Source of the DNA: a virus
Lineage: Duplodnaviria > Caudoviricetes
Length of the DNA: 64,000 bases
Strand: one strand, 5' to 3'
Virus record (IMG/VR): IMGVR_UViG_3300001765_000038
Location: 11,777 to 75,776 of that record
Below are positions 20,801 through 29,029 of the stretch, piece by piece (positions within the stretch are counted from its first letter, which is position 1; each line of letters opens with the position of its first letter). Below the pieces are notes generated by a model, which was not told the origin of the DNA, ran no database searches, and saw nothing but the letters and a program-made list of their open reading frames with translations. The translations under genes were made by a program, and so were the position numbers.

Positions 20801-21296
20801 ATGTACTTTCATCGATTATTTTAACTTGAACTTCTGTATCATCTTCAAGATATAATGTTTCATTTTTATTGAATGTTTTAAAGAAATTACCGTCTTGATC
20901 TATACCGCCTGCAGTATACATAATAAAAATAGTGGGGTAATCATTATCAGTAGATTGTTCAACATGAATCACTGTAGCTTTTACTTGAGTATCAGTACCC
21001 ACTATTCTTTTAGTTAATAATGAATCGATTATCGTATCAGTAGATATATTATTATGAATGAGCTTAAGTTTTATATAATTGGCATTGTTGATAAAATTAA
21101 TATCACCAGGCACAACCATTGAACCATTTTTAAAAATATAATCAGCATTTTGTTTTAATTGATGCTGAAGAATAGATTGAATTTGCGTTAATTCTCTAGC
21201 CTGAATAGGGCGGCCGGGAACAAATAAAATCTTGTGATAACCTTTTGAAGGATCAAAATCATCATAATACGGCTCGACGTTTAAACTGATAGGCAT
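14835..21296 (-). CDS. DUF4815/VrlC-like baseplate structural protein, full-length paralogue 1 (2153 aa)
   Basis: LNVEPYYDDFDPSKGYHKILFVPGRPIQARELTQIQSILQ N-terminus, RRTYDESGDY, RYKNGFIVDQF, DPIAQSF, KVPRIKNFRLIALA end; follows gp8 as in marine/freshwater T4-like phages. Confidence 0.85.
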   Translation of the reverse strand: MPISLNVEPYYDDFDPSKGYHKILFVPGRPIQARELTQIQSILQHQLKQNADYIFKNGSMVVPGDINFINNANYIKLKLIHNNISTDTIIDSLLTKRIVGTDTQVKATVIHVEQSTDNDYPTIFIMYTAGGIDQDGNFFKTFNKNETLYLEDDTEVQVKIIDESTYKGYGSLASITEGVYYINGFFVQNLSQTISLDKYSNYPSYRVGLNFVENIVTSAIDPSLKDIAIDSSNYGAAGADRYQIQLELTKNILLEDQIDNTTSDQFIDLLHVKNGTQQFKVNSTRLGDLEKVLARRTYDESGDYVVEPFKIDLIDFRNNDRGEWVTNRVYLEGDIVSYNDVFFTAKNSGTSGATAPTTDEFFTPSSDGNITWETTRKPNFNFGYEAPTDEQTIETQLDYAALAVYKINSGKAYIKGYEIAVNGYKIAFFDKARTYKNIENVNINSDMGQYFIVNGAQNLPNFQGITPNFYPYLELLGEAGLIGQCYVRNIEYESGIIGYHDCKYRLYVVSIMMNDGYGISDVRFLQENGGTALYYVVGDDVLLSGSVQSYGSTTLSGQSTLFTSELVSGDYISVDNRTYRVSTVLNSSTLTIGDLGSGFIPNNGEWYSIYVKRTVLHGTVDLLKKLDHSFVRSVRGADDLSIDISYYVNRMFSIVSVGSPVTITLSRPFETFADLVVGNYLFVNSSGLNYPLSINDGVTFSKSPDSTELTLTGLATGSYYLKAIIRKEKQAAKEKQKIRSIAHTDYTKLNDVIGSNNILATWSGGSKLIGVYQCTDKFDFNTPDAVVTVTTPFNIDVTDNYRCVSNSSASTLSYSTISPVQGFIPSGPIRIIFEKFDTTGAGDYYSIDSYNEFTYSELPVYNNASIGDYLDFRPYDPYDYSLYQTEPLSSKYPINLSYSYYLPRRDIIQLDTTGSFRVEQGTPSDTPIAPLPNDDNVILAYASLAPYTVKVNSNNINIEVADLKRYTMKDIGKIDSRVKNAEYYISLTSLEIATSNMQIKDENGLNRYKNGFIVDQFKDHGVGDVANPSYRCAIDAGNLECRPTFYADSVKLIESLTSSRASKGYQVTGDLVTLPYTEVVAIKQNIASSGESITPYVYIRSMHGDLNIFPVGDTWVDTTTVPSVTTKSEGNFNSVQTIAQSTGILGTVWNSWQTTARTTLNTNLSSSTSSNVAGVASSTQNIGGVVNRTTTTTTTATTLTTTQTGTDQLNWSRTGVYSEMQERWDTVGQVTNVIDELWSPWMREKCVVLYSKKMMPNVRLSVFIENTPLTSYASAATTLYYTSKNGTFLDYISSNIDHQDLTARQYGSHSYDILERGEVIKGTTSGATAITICEERQFVTATEDVLKIINIKGTFIKGETIVGQSSKATLVFDKIVTESTIKTNSAGNFYGIVTIPNNSTVRVPAGILTISLRDADTQDAITTNSEAKYDGHGIIQVKQTTIMTVRNGTIVSRDVSDTKQTTENWSKIVGAVTTNSQSSTYSDVAIPPPPPPPTPAPTPPRVITKIVYVTPAPTRAPAPTEAPRTNTGCYGCGLPALFIAYRPFTPIGLDPIAQSFQVSDVGGIFVTAVDVYFHTVDLNSTASIFLQIREMVNGYPGPMIVPFGALTKMPRELRGSSRALAPSKFTFPSPVYLKDGVEYCIVMGSDQSDSKVWIAKMGEAGLDGQIITKQPAAGSFFRSQNNSTWDTDQLTDMCFTLYKAKFDTANTGVFTFKNNNTETSMLGINPFKLTSGSKIVRVTHQNHGFINGASVTFSNVITNLTHPSQTELNSKFTVSNVELDTYTITLPVAAVTSGHYGNKECIATSDRRMDTMYFNGADFVLPGTHIQYTFNSSALVNNSIEVQPDEIPIQINQNVTFENPQFILSKENEDIFTKESSFKLKAYILSKNENLSPVIDLPSYAVYTIGNKINNPSPTINLDVDKRYIINLTTSGYYGSTITLLDDTITITGGIVGDLADNFNTLKVGRYLLLNNTTVGSISPMMITKVYTDGTTTLTITVDGILPTASVPTPLGSVPVSIQVYDHYVDFIASDGSSNLSNYVTSIVELAQPSTGFRLFFDYNKPKDAFIDVYYKIAIKSDYTNIEKLPWIKLEDDVYQDVEKYDTFIEHEYDMNNIVNKYNTEVQYDQITVKVVFRSNNTSKVPRIKNFRLIALA

Positions 21297-21308
21297 ATAT
21301 GTTCCCTT

Positions 21309-22775
21309 TTAATATTCTAAAACTAAGTGAATATCTTCTATTTGCAATGCATTTCTAATAATAGGTATTCTATTTTCAAAGTAAATTATTTTTCCAGTGT
21401 TATGTGCGATCTCTGGAACTACTACGTTTGCAAGAGGTTCGTTAGAAATACTTCCTCCCACTACTGAAATTGTGTCACCAATGTTAAACCCATTAAATGC
21501 TGACCAATTTGATGTAGAAAGTGGGCGTGAAAGATTTACTTTCAACACTTTTGTAGCAGCATTCCAATCAATCACTCGAGCCCTAGAACCTGTTGTATTA
21601 TCAACAATTTCTGTATCAACTGTAAATGAAAGACCAGTATTAGTAACAGTCAATCGATAGCTTGCATCTAACGTATCTGCATTAGCTAATGAACCAGAGC
21701 TAGTCAATGGATTTGTAATCAACCCTATTTGTCTAAAATCATTATTTACAATGTAATCAGCACTGTTACTTCCTTCAATTTTTGTTCCAACTAACAGATA
21801 ATTAGATCCCAAATCATATATCGGATTCGCACCAAGACCAGTTAATGGTGTATAAATTGGAGTTAAATTAGATCCAGTAACTCCAGTAATAGTAATGGAA
21901 CAATATGAATAACCCGTTCCTGGTGCTAATATTGTTATCTTCTGTAGCAAATTGTTTAGGCCTCCGAATGTAGCAGATATTTTTAATCCTGAACCATCAC
22001 CCTTAATATTAAAAAATGATTGATCTACAAGTGTTCCTATTGTGCCAGAATATGCAGCATCATTCGTGCCAGGTGCTGTTACAATGACATTATAAATTGC
22101 CCCTGCTTGTTCAACAGCAGCTTCTTGAGCAAGATATTGCAATTCATATGGATCTCCAGATACAGGTTGAGTTGTAACTTGTTTAACTGGATGAAAATTG
22201 ATTGTTGAAAATCTTACACTATCAGCAGATGATATAGAAGAAATAAATTTCCAAATATATCCGTCGGCGGTTGTAAATGAACCAAAACCAACACCAACTC
22301 CATAATCTTGAGGATTTGATGTTGAAGCAGTTAAGCCACTGTTATTCCCTAAACAAATATAAACATTACCGTTTGATGTAACAACATAATAATTAGCAAC
22401 ATCTAATGAAATGGGATAAGTAACTTGACCAGTTAATGAAATACCCTGAACACCATTATTACCATAATCGCTTCTGTAAATATCGTAATAATTACCACTC
22501 GTCCAAACGGTTTTCTTAATACCGTGAGATACCTCTGATCTTAAAATTCTTTTGAGAAACATCATATTTTCCCAAATGAAGTTTTTACTATTAGTGTTAT
22601 CGATAGGTGTAGCTGGAGTTGAATCAGAAGTTGATTCTAAAGGATTAGTTAAATCCCATCGCATTGAATCACCTAAAAATAAGTATGTATAGATATCTGG
22701 AGTCGATCCCTCCATACTCTTTAAAAATGTATCGACATTGAAAACTCTATAATCATTGGTAATAATAGCTGCCAT
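21309..22775 (-). CDS. gp8: Baseplate wedge subunit gp8
   Basis: MAAIITNDYR start, WTSGNYYDIY, NVYICLGN, DGYIWKF, NDFRQIGLITNP, GKIIYFENRIPIIR..QIEDIHLVLEY end. Confidence 0.85.
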   Translation of the reverse strand: MAAIITNDYRVFNVDTFLKSMEGSTPDIYTYLFLGDSMRWDLTNPLESTSDSTPATPIDNTNSKNFIWENMMFLKRILRSEVSHGIKKTVWTSGNYYDIYRSDYGNNGVQGISLTGQVTYPISLDVANYYVVTSNGNVYICLGNNSGLTASTSNPQDYGVGVGFGSFTTADGYIWKFISSISSADSVRFSTINFHPVKQVTTQPVSGDPYELQYLAQEAAVEQAGAIYNVIVTAPGTNDAAYSGTIGTLVDQSFFNIKGDGSGLKISATFGGLNNLLQKITILAPGTGYSYCSITITGVTGSNLTPIYTPLTGLGANPIYDLGSNYLLVGTKIEGSNSADYIVNNDFRQIGLITNPLTSSGSLANADTLDASYRLTVTNTGLSFTVDTEIVDNTTGSRARVIDWNAATKVLKVNLSRPLSTSNWSAFNGFNIGDTISVVGGSISNEPLANVVVPEIAHNTGKIIYFENRIPIIRNALQIEDIHLVLEY

Positions 22776-22800
22776 GGTTTTTCCTCATTTATTGTTTGAA

Positions 22801-22808
22801 TATTTATC
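22801..22808 (-). promoter_or_regulatory. Late promoter variant GATAAATA
   Basis: In the short gp7-gp8 gap, 26 nt upstream of the gp8 ATG; the same octamer occurs twice at 52288-52322. Confidence 0.6.
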
Positions 22809-22816
22809 TTATATTT

Positions 22817-25800
22817 TTAGAAGGTATAGGCGTAATTGTCTATATTTGAGAGTGGTTCCCATAATGTATTCACACCAACGGGGCCATTATCTGATGTTGC
22901 TATTGCTTCTGTAGACGTAAAGAAATACAGTGTTGGAACTCCTGCGATTACATAATATACAATATCATTGAATGAATGCGTATCACCTATCACCCATTTA
23001 ATAACTGATGTAGAACTTTCAGACCATGCAGTAATTTTGAAAATATCAACATCACCAGAACATGTAATCACATCAAACGTCACATAATTATTATCACCAG
23101 TTGTAGTAACATTTACGGGATTAGTAAATGTTATTGTTGTAGCATTTGCAGTTGCAACTGTATATTCATCATCAACAATATCGCCTTCAATAACACCATT
23201 TATTACTGGTAATAGTTTAACAACATCAATTGTATCACCAGCATTAACAGCACTTAATGTTGAATTTAAAGTAACAGTAGTTGATCCAGTTCCAACATAT
23301 TGAGCACTATAACTATTTGTTTTTGCAGTAACTACAAATGAATCTGCTGTTTTAGATTTAACATAATACTCACCAGCAATACATCCGCCACTTGTGAATG
23401 ATAATATTAATCTATCATCAACTTCTAAACCATGTGCTGTTAAACTAATTGTTATATCATCAGAAGCTAGAGCATATGTACCAGTACCTATTTCTTCTTT
23501 AGATTCAATAATTGTAGTGACTGATGCACTATTAACATTATATGGAACTCCATCTAAATAAGAAAATTCATATTCAGGAATAGTATCTGCATCATATAAA
23601 AATATTGGATCATTTTCTTGCCGCCAATTTTCATAATTATAATTTGCATAAAAGGTTGGTTCGGTTGTAGGCAACACTAAATTTCTTATACTTGATAAAT
23701 CCAATGCGTCTTCATTTTGTGTAAAATGTGCGATCATTCTAGCTACTTTTGTATGAGTAACTATTTTAATATCACCATACATCGAATAACCCGTTGGATG
23801 TAATATATTATTTACTTCAGATGAATAACTTTCGATTGGTATACCAGACTTAATAATGTAAGAATAATCTTGATATTTTTTATTATCATGTATTTTTAAC
23901 AAAGGTGAACTAGTTAAACTTTGCGATTTGATTAATGTGTTATCGTATATTCCAACACCATTAAGAATGCCTGTACCTTGTGCTCTGTTATATTTTAATG
24001 CTACGCATTCAGATTTAGATTTTTCACCTACTAAAGTAGAACCCTCAACAATTGTATCAGAATATTCATGAAGAATATAATCTTGACTTATTCCTTCTAA
24101 AGTTAAAAAGTAACCTGTTTCTGTTATAAACTCATATGTTTCGCTCATATCATCAACATACAACAAGTTTCTAATTCTATCTATATCAACAACTCTCGCA
24201 TGGGGTACTGAAAATATATCTATTGGCGCTGGATCTTGTTTCACATAAACATATTCATTGGTTATAAAGTTAACATTTTCTGAAACTGCTATAGTTGCAG
24301 GGAATCGTATCATAGGCACTGATGAAACACCGATAGCATAATCTGTAAATTTTATGCTTTCAATTTGTCCTATTGATTTACTAAATGATCTTATTTCTGC
24401 ACCAGTTCCAATATTTGAAGTTACTGTTAATACTGGAAATTCTTTGTATCCATATCCACCATCTTGAATAGTAATTTTAGAAATAGCACCATATCCACTA
24501 TTGTCACTTATATTTAAATTAGGCATCTGTGAATAACGATTTCCTTTGTAAGTAACATTAAAGTTCTGAATAGAATTATTTGAAATGTTAGCTCTCAATA
24601 CAGCATTATTACCATCACCAGTTACTTTCACAGATGCATGGGTATATTGTTGACCTGCTGTTGTAAGTGTAGCATTGACAATTGGTCGATCAGCATATGC
24701 TTCAATAATAGCACCTGTTCCTGAACCCTGTACTGTAACGGTAGGATTATGATAACCTTGACCTTGATTACTATAATATGCCGTTATTATCTTTCCATCT
24801 TTTATAATAGGAATTAATGAAGCGCCACCGCCCGGAAGTGTTCCCGGTGGTGCAACATCATCAACTACTAAAACAGTATCATGTGCTGAGTAACCAGAAC
24901 CCGAATTAATTATTTCCATTCGTGTTATGCCCGTATCTACTGTCAACTCAACTACAGCACCTGTTCCATCACCTATCACAGTGGCATATGTGCCATAATA
25001 ATATCCTGTTCCTGGATTTGTTATGCCAACTCTTGTAATAATGCCATTTTCAATGACAGGTGTTAATACCGCTTCAGTACCATTGATTTTTCCACCCTGA
25101 ATTGTGATAGTAACACCGGTATAATTTTGACCGCCATCAACAACAAGAACATCTACAAATGAGCCGTTTTCTAAGATTGGCAATAATTCAGCTCCAGTAC
25201 CACCTTTAGCACTATCATCTACAGTAACACTTGCAGTAGTATAACCAGAACCAGGAGTGAGAACATTAATTTTATCGACTTTTGAATCAATAACAGGAGT
25301 CAATATTGCGCCATTGCCATAACCACCAATTGCAGTAACTGTCGGTGGTGTTGTTTTTGAATAACCAGAACCTTCTTCAGTTATATTAATAGATGTAATT
25401 CTGCAAGGAATCCATGCATCAGCTGCAGCACCAGCACCATCGCCTGTAATTTGTACTGTTGGGTGTGACGTATAACCAGATCCCCCATCAACTATATCAA
25501 TAGCAGTAATTATACCACCATTGATAACAGGTACAGCAGTTGCATTTGAACCACCACCATTTATTATGCTTACAGAAGTGTTTCCTATTGTGTATCCATA
25601 CCCACCTTGAAGTACTTCAATTCTAGAAACAAATGTGCCACTAGTCACTAATAATGCAACATTTGCTGTTGCTGTTGCTTGAACACCTAATGGATTATTT
25701 GGTGCAGTAATCACAATATTAGGCTTTTTAACGAAACCCTCACCTTCATATTGAACTAATATTGATTTGACGTAATCAGTAATAGTTGCTTCTGCTGTTG

Positions 25801-28800
25801 CATTTGTACCGTCACCCACAATTGTTATATCTGGTGGAAATGAATAATATTCTCCACCATCAGTTACATCAATACTATCAACAGCACCAGAATTCAAATT
25901 AACTGTAGCTACTGCTGTAGCACCAATGCCACTTCCATTAACAGTCAAAATTAATGGTTCTCTTTCTGCATTAGAATAATAACCAGAACCACCCGCATCT
26001 ACAGAAATACTTGTAATAGATTTAGTTGTAGATCCCGATATAGCATATGTTGCTAAATGAGGGCTTGTATCATCATAATATATTTCTATTTCTGATTCTG
26101 ATGATGCTACAAAACCACCTGAAACGTAAGCACCCAAAGTAGAATGTGTCGTTGCAGTGAAAAGATCTTTAGCTATGTTGAATTCGTTAATGATATAACT
26201 TCCATTATATGATGATGGATTAACACCGCCTATTGATATTACATCACCAACATTTAATAATAATGATGTATCAACTGACACAGTGATGATTGCTGTACTT
26301 GGATTCCAATTGATATTTGTTATATTAACAGAATCAAAATATCCCAAACCACCGTCAGTAATAGAAATTGAAGTAATTTTACCATAATCGATAACAGGTG
26401 TTATCGAAGCAGCAGATAATGGATTTCTTAATTTAGAATTAACTCGTGCTAAACACCCATGATGATAACCGTAACCACTTGATGTAACTGATATTGATTT
26501 TATTGTACCGTTTTTAAGTTCAGAAATTTCTGCTGTTGCGGCAATGCCATCGCCACTTATAATGATTGTGTCCATAACATCATAATCATAACCACCATCA
26601 TTAATCGTAATTGATACTATTTGATCAGCAGATAAAACTGCTGTGCCTCTAAAATTAACTCCAACTGAAGTTACAATTTCAACTAATGCCCATGTATAAC
26701 CAGAACCATTATTAGTCATCAATATATCAGTTATAACACCATTTTTAATATTTGGTTCAGCTGAAAACCCAACACCATGTCCTTCTGAAATAGTAGAAGT
26801 ATAATCTAAATAATTTTGACCAGGATTAGATATAAAAATTCTAAGAGGTCTGTAATACAAATCTAAATCTAATCCAGATCCATGGCCGCCCTGAATTGTA
26901 TATTTGTTAACTCCATATTTGTTAATTTCAAAAAACTCACCTCTGCTAATAATATCAAATGTATTAATACCACCATTCTTTAAATTAGCAGTTAATACAG
27001 CTCCAGATCCTTTTGCTTCTTTTACAATAAGTGTATCTGAAACTCCATAATTAGATCCTTGACGAATGATTATAACATCAGTTATGGATCCAAATTCATC
27101 TATTACAACATCAAATTCAGCGCCAGTACCAGTAGTAGTATTAACAACAACAATAGGATCCACATAATTAATTCCCTCATTATCGACAGATACTGCAGTT
27201 ATTGCACCAGTAGCAATAGTAGGTGATATTAATCCATTAACTCCATTTACAACAACACTTACAGTACTGTCACCAAGATTAGAATCTGTTAATTGCCAAT
27301 CGACTTTGGTTATTGCACCAATAGGATTTTTACTAATCTTAATAGCGCCCTTTGTTGTTTCAACAACACCATTATCATAACTCGTATAATCAGTTCTTAT
27401 TTGGCGCAACGGTGAATTTGAATTAGCATCTGGTAAAATAGCAAAAGAAGTATATGCATATTTGCTGCCGCCATTATTAATTGTTATTGAATTTAAAACA
27501 CTAGATGTTACTATTCCAGTAACCTGTATTTCAGCTAATTTAGAACCAGTTGGTGCATCTTCAATATTTAAATCACCGCCGTAAATATAAAGTAAATCAT
27601 TTATTTGAAAATCATATCCTTTATTAAGAAAATTGATTTCATCTAATTCCATTACAGTAATTGTGTTTAAATCTACACCATCAATAGACGATACAAATCC
27701 AGAAAATCCTTTACCTAATGCATCATCAGATGTTACTTTATCTCCAACTGTATAACCAGAACCACCGTTAGCAATAATCGCTGTATCAACTGATCCAAAT
27801 GAAGTTGCATCAATACTTAATGAACCTCCCGCTCCATCATCATCAAAATTAATAACCTGCCCTTTTTTATAACCCGATCCGCGATAATTTAATTCTATAT
27901 CTGAAAATATAGGAGTGCTTAAACCTATAATATCACTACCATTAATCGTAGCTCTAACAATAGAATCAGTATTGAAATTGCCAAACAATCCCTTTTTCTG
28001 TAAATAAAGTATATAATATTCTGTGCCGTTAATAACAGTAGAAATTACATCATCAACAATAGCAGTTGCATATTCACCTACTTGAACAATTCGATTGCCC
28101 TTTAACGATGTATAATCATATGTTGGAAGATCAAATGAAATAGACGGTGTGTTAATATAATTAGTACCACCATCTAATATTTCAATACTAGAAACTTTAC
28201 TATTATTTAATAATGCTCTTACTTTTGCATCTCTTGTATCAGAAACTGTCCATGTTAATGTGGGAGTTCCAATATAACCACTTCCCGGATCAAGAATATG
28301 TGAATCAATAACTGTACCATTAGAATCTAATATCAATTGAATTTTAATTGGAGTTGTATTAGTTCCAGTAAATTCAACTGTAGGTGGTAGTGTCCAATGT
28401 GATTTACCATCAATAATAGTAAATGTATTTAATGCACCACCACTCATTGTAAATGATACAGTAGGTAAATTATCAGTTAAATCATCATTAATGTTTCTAA
28501 CAAATGAGACTTCTGGTGTTAGATAAATGCCATAATCTGAATCTGTTATATTTACAGCATCGACCGCACCCTTTATCATACGAACTGTAGCTTCTAAATT
28601 TGGTTTTTTAAGCGCTAAAATAATATTTTTTCTATATACAGAATCAGATGATTTAGTATATAAATCTCTACCCCAATCTATTTCAACATCTTCACCATAG
28701 ATTGTTTTAAATAAGAATCTAAAACTATCTTCAGATCCTTTACTTCTAAAAAACTGTTTGCTATTTTTTATTAATAAACTTTTATCGACACTTGTATCTA

Positions 28801-29029
28801 ATGGAAGATTATTAAGAACACCATTAGCAATTAGTGTTTTAAACTTTTCATCTGCAGTATCGTAATCATGCTGCTCTAAAGAATAGCGAATATAATCTAA
28901 TGGATTACCATCATTTTCTAACCATTCAAAATAATATTCTATAAATTTTACAAAATTAGCTGCAGTACCTTGAAAGAATGCAGGTACCTGACTTGATAAA
29001 ACGTGACTTACTTTAGGCTTAATACTCAT
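22817..29029 (-). CDS. gp7: Baseplate wedge initiator gp7-like (2070 aa) with many GxGY beta-sandwich repeats
   Basis: N-terminal SQVPAFF...FVKFIEYYFEWLE, LLIKNSKQFFRSKGSEDSFRFLF; repeated I.V..GGSGY...P.V.I.GDG.GA.A; C-terminal KIHDNKKYQDYSYIIKS...LHPTG; located between gp6 and gp8. Confidence 0.75.
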   Translation of the reverse strand: MSIKPKVSHVLSSQVPAFFQGTAANFVKFIEYYFEWLENDGNPLDYIRYSLEQHDYDTADEKFKTLIANGVLNNLPLDTSVDKSLLIKNSKQFFRSKGSEDSFRFLFKTIYGEDVEIDWGRDLYTKSSDSVYRKNIILALKKPNLEATVRMIKGAVDAVNITDSDYGIYLTPEVSFVRNINDDLTDNLPTVSFTMSGGALNTFTIIDGKSHWTLPPTVEFTGTNTTPIKIQLILDSNGTVIDSHILDPGSGYIGTPTLTWTVSDTRDAKVRALLNNSKVSSIEILDGGTNYINTPSISFDLPTYDYTSLKGNRIVQVGEYATAIVDDVISTVINGTEYYILYLQKKGLFGNFNTDSIVRATINGSDIIGLSTPIFSDIELNYRGSGYKKGQVINFDDDGAGGSLSIDATSFGSVDTAIIANGGSGYTVGDKVTSDDALGKGFSGFVSSIDGVDLNTITVMELDEINFLNKGYDFQINDLLYIYGGDLNIEDAPTGSKLAEIQVTGIVTSSVLNSITINNGGSKYAYTSFAILPDANSNSPLRQIRTDYTSYDNGVVETTKGAIKISKNPIGAITKVDWQLTDSNLGDSTVSVVVNGVNGLISPTIATGAITAVSVDNEGINYVDPIVVVNTTTGTGAEFDVVIDEFGSITDVIIIRQGSNYGVSDTLIVKEAKGSGAVLTANLKNGGINTFDIISRGEFFEINKYGVNKYTIQGGHGSGLDLDLYYRPLRIFISNPGQNYLDYTSTISEGHGVGFSAEPNIKNGVITDILMTNNGSGYTWALVEIVTSVGVNFRGTAVLSADQIVSITINDGGYDYDVMDTIIISGDGIAATAEISELKNGTIKSISVTSSGYGYHHGCLARVNSKLRNPLSAASITPVIDYGKITSISITDGGLGYFDSVNITNINWNPSTAIITVSVDTSLLLNVGDVISIGGVNPSSYNGSYIINEFNIAKDLFTATTHSTLGAYVSGGFVASSESEIEIYYDDTSPHLATYAISGSTTKSITSISVDAGGSGYYSNAEREPLILTVNGSGIGATAVATVNLNSGAVDSIDVTDGGEYYSFPPDITIVGDGTNATAEATITDYVKSILVQYEGEGFVKKPNIVITAPNNPLGVQATATANVALLVTSGTFVSRIEVLQGGYGYTIGNTSVSIINGGGSNATAVPVINGGIITAIDIVDGGSGYTSHPTVQITGDGAGAAADAWIPCRITSINITEEGSGYSKTTPPTVTAIGGYGNGAILTPVIDSKVDKINVLTPGSGYTTASVTVDDSAKGGTGAELLPILENGSFVDVLVVDGGQNYTGVTITIQGGKINGTEAVLTPVIENGIITRVGITNPGTGYYYGTYATVIGDGTGAVVELTVDTGITRMEIINSGSGYSAHDTVLVVDDVAPPGTLPGGGASLIPIIKDGKIITAYYSNQGQGYHNPTVTVQGSGTGAIIEAYADRPIVNATLTTAGQQYTHASVKVTGDGNNAVLRANISNNSIQNFNVTYKGNRYSQMPNLNISDNSGYGAISKITIQDGGYGYKEFPVLTVTSNIGTGAEIRSFSKSIGQIESIKFTDYAIGVSSVPMIRFPATIAVSENVNFITNEYVYVKQDPAPIDIFSVPHARVVDIDRIRNLLYVDDMSETYEFITETGYFLTLEGISQDYILHEYSDTIVEGSTLVGEKSKSECVALKYNRAQGTGILNGVGIYDNTLIKSQSLTSSPLLKIHDNKKYQDYSYIIKSGIPIESYSSEVNNILHPTGYSMYGDIKIVTHTKVARMIAHFTQNEDALDLSSIRNLVLPTTEPTFYANYNYENWRQENDPIFLYDADTIPEYEFSYLDGVPYNVNSASVTTIIESKEEIGTGTYALASDDITISLTAHGLEVDDRLILSFTSGGCIAGEYYVKSKTADSFVVTAKTNSYSAQYVGTGSTTVTLNSTLSAVNAGDTIDVVKLLPVINGVIEGDIVDDEYTVATANATTITFTNPVNVTTTGDNNYVTFDVITCSGDVDIFKITAWSESSTSVIKWVIGDTHSFNDIVYYVIAGVPTLYFFTSTEAIATSDNGPVGVNTLWEPLSNIDNYAYTF

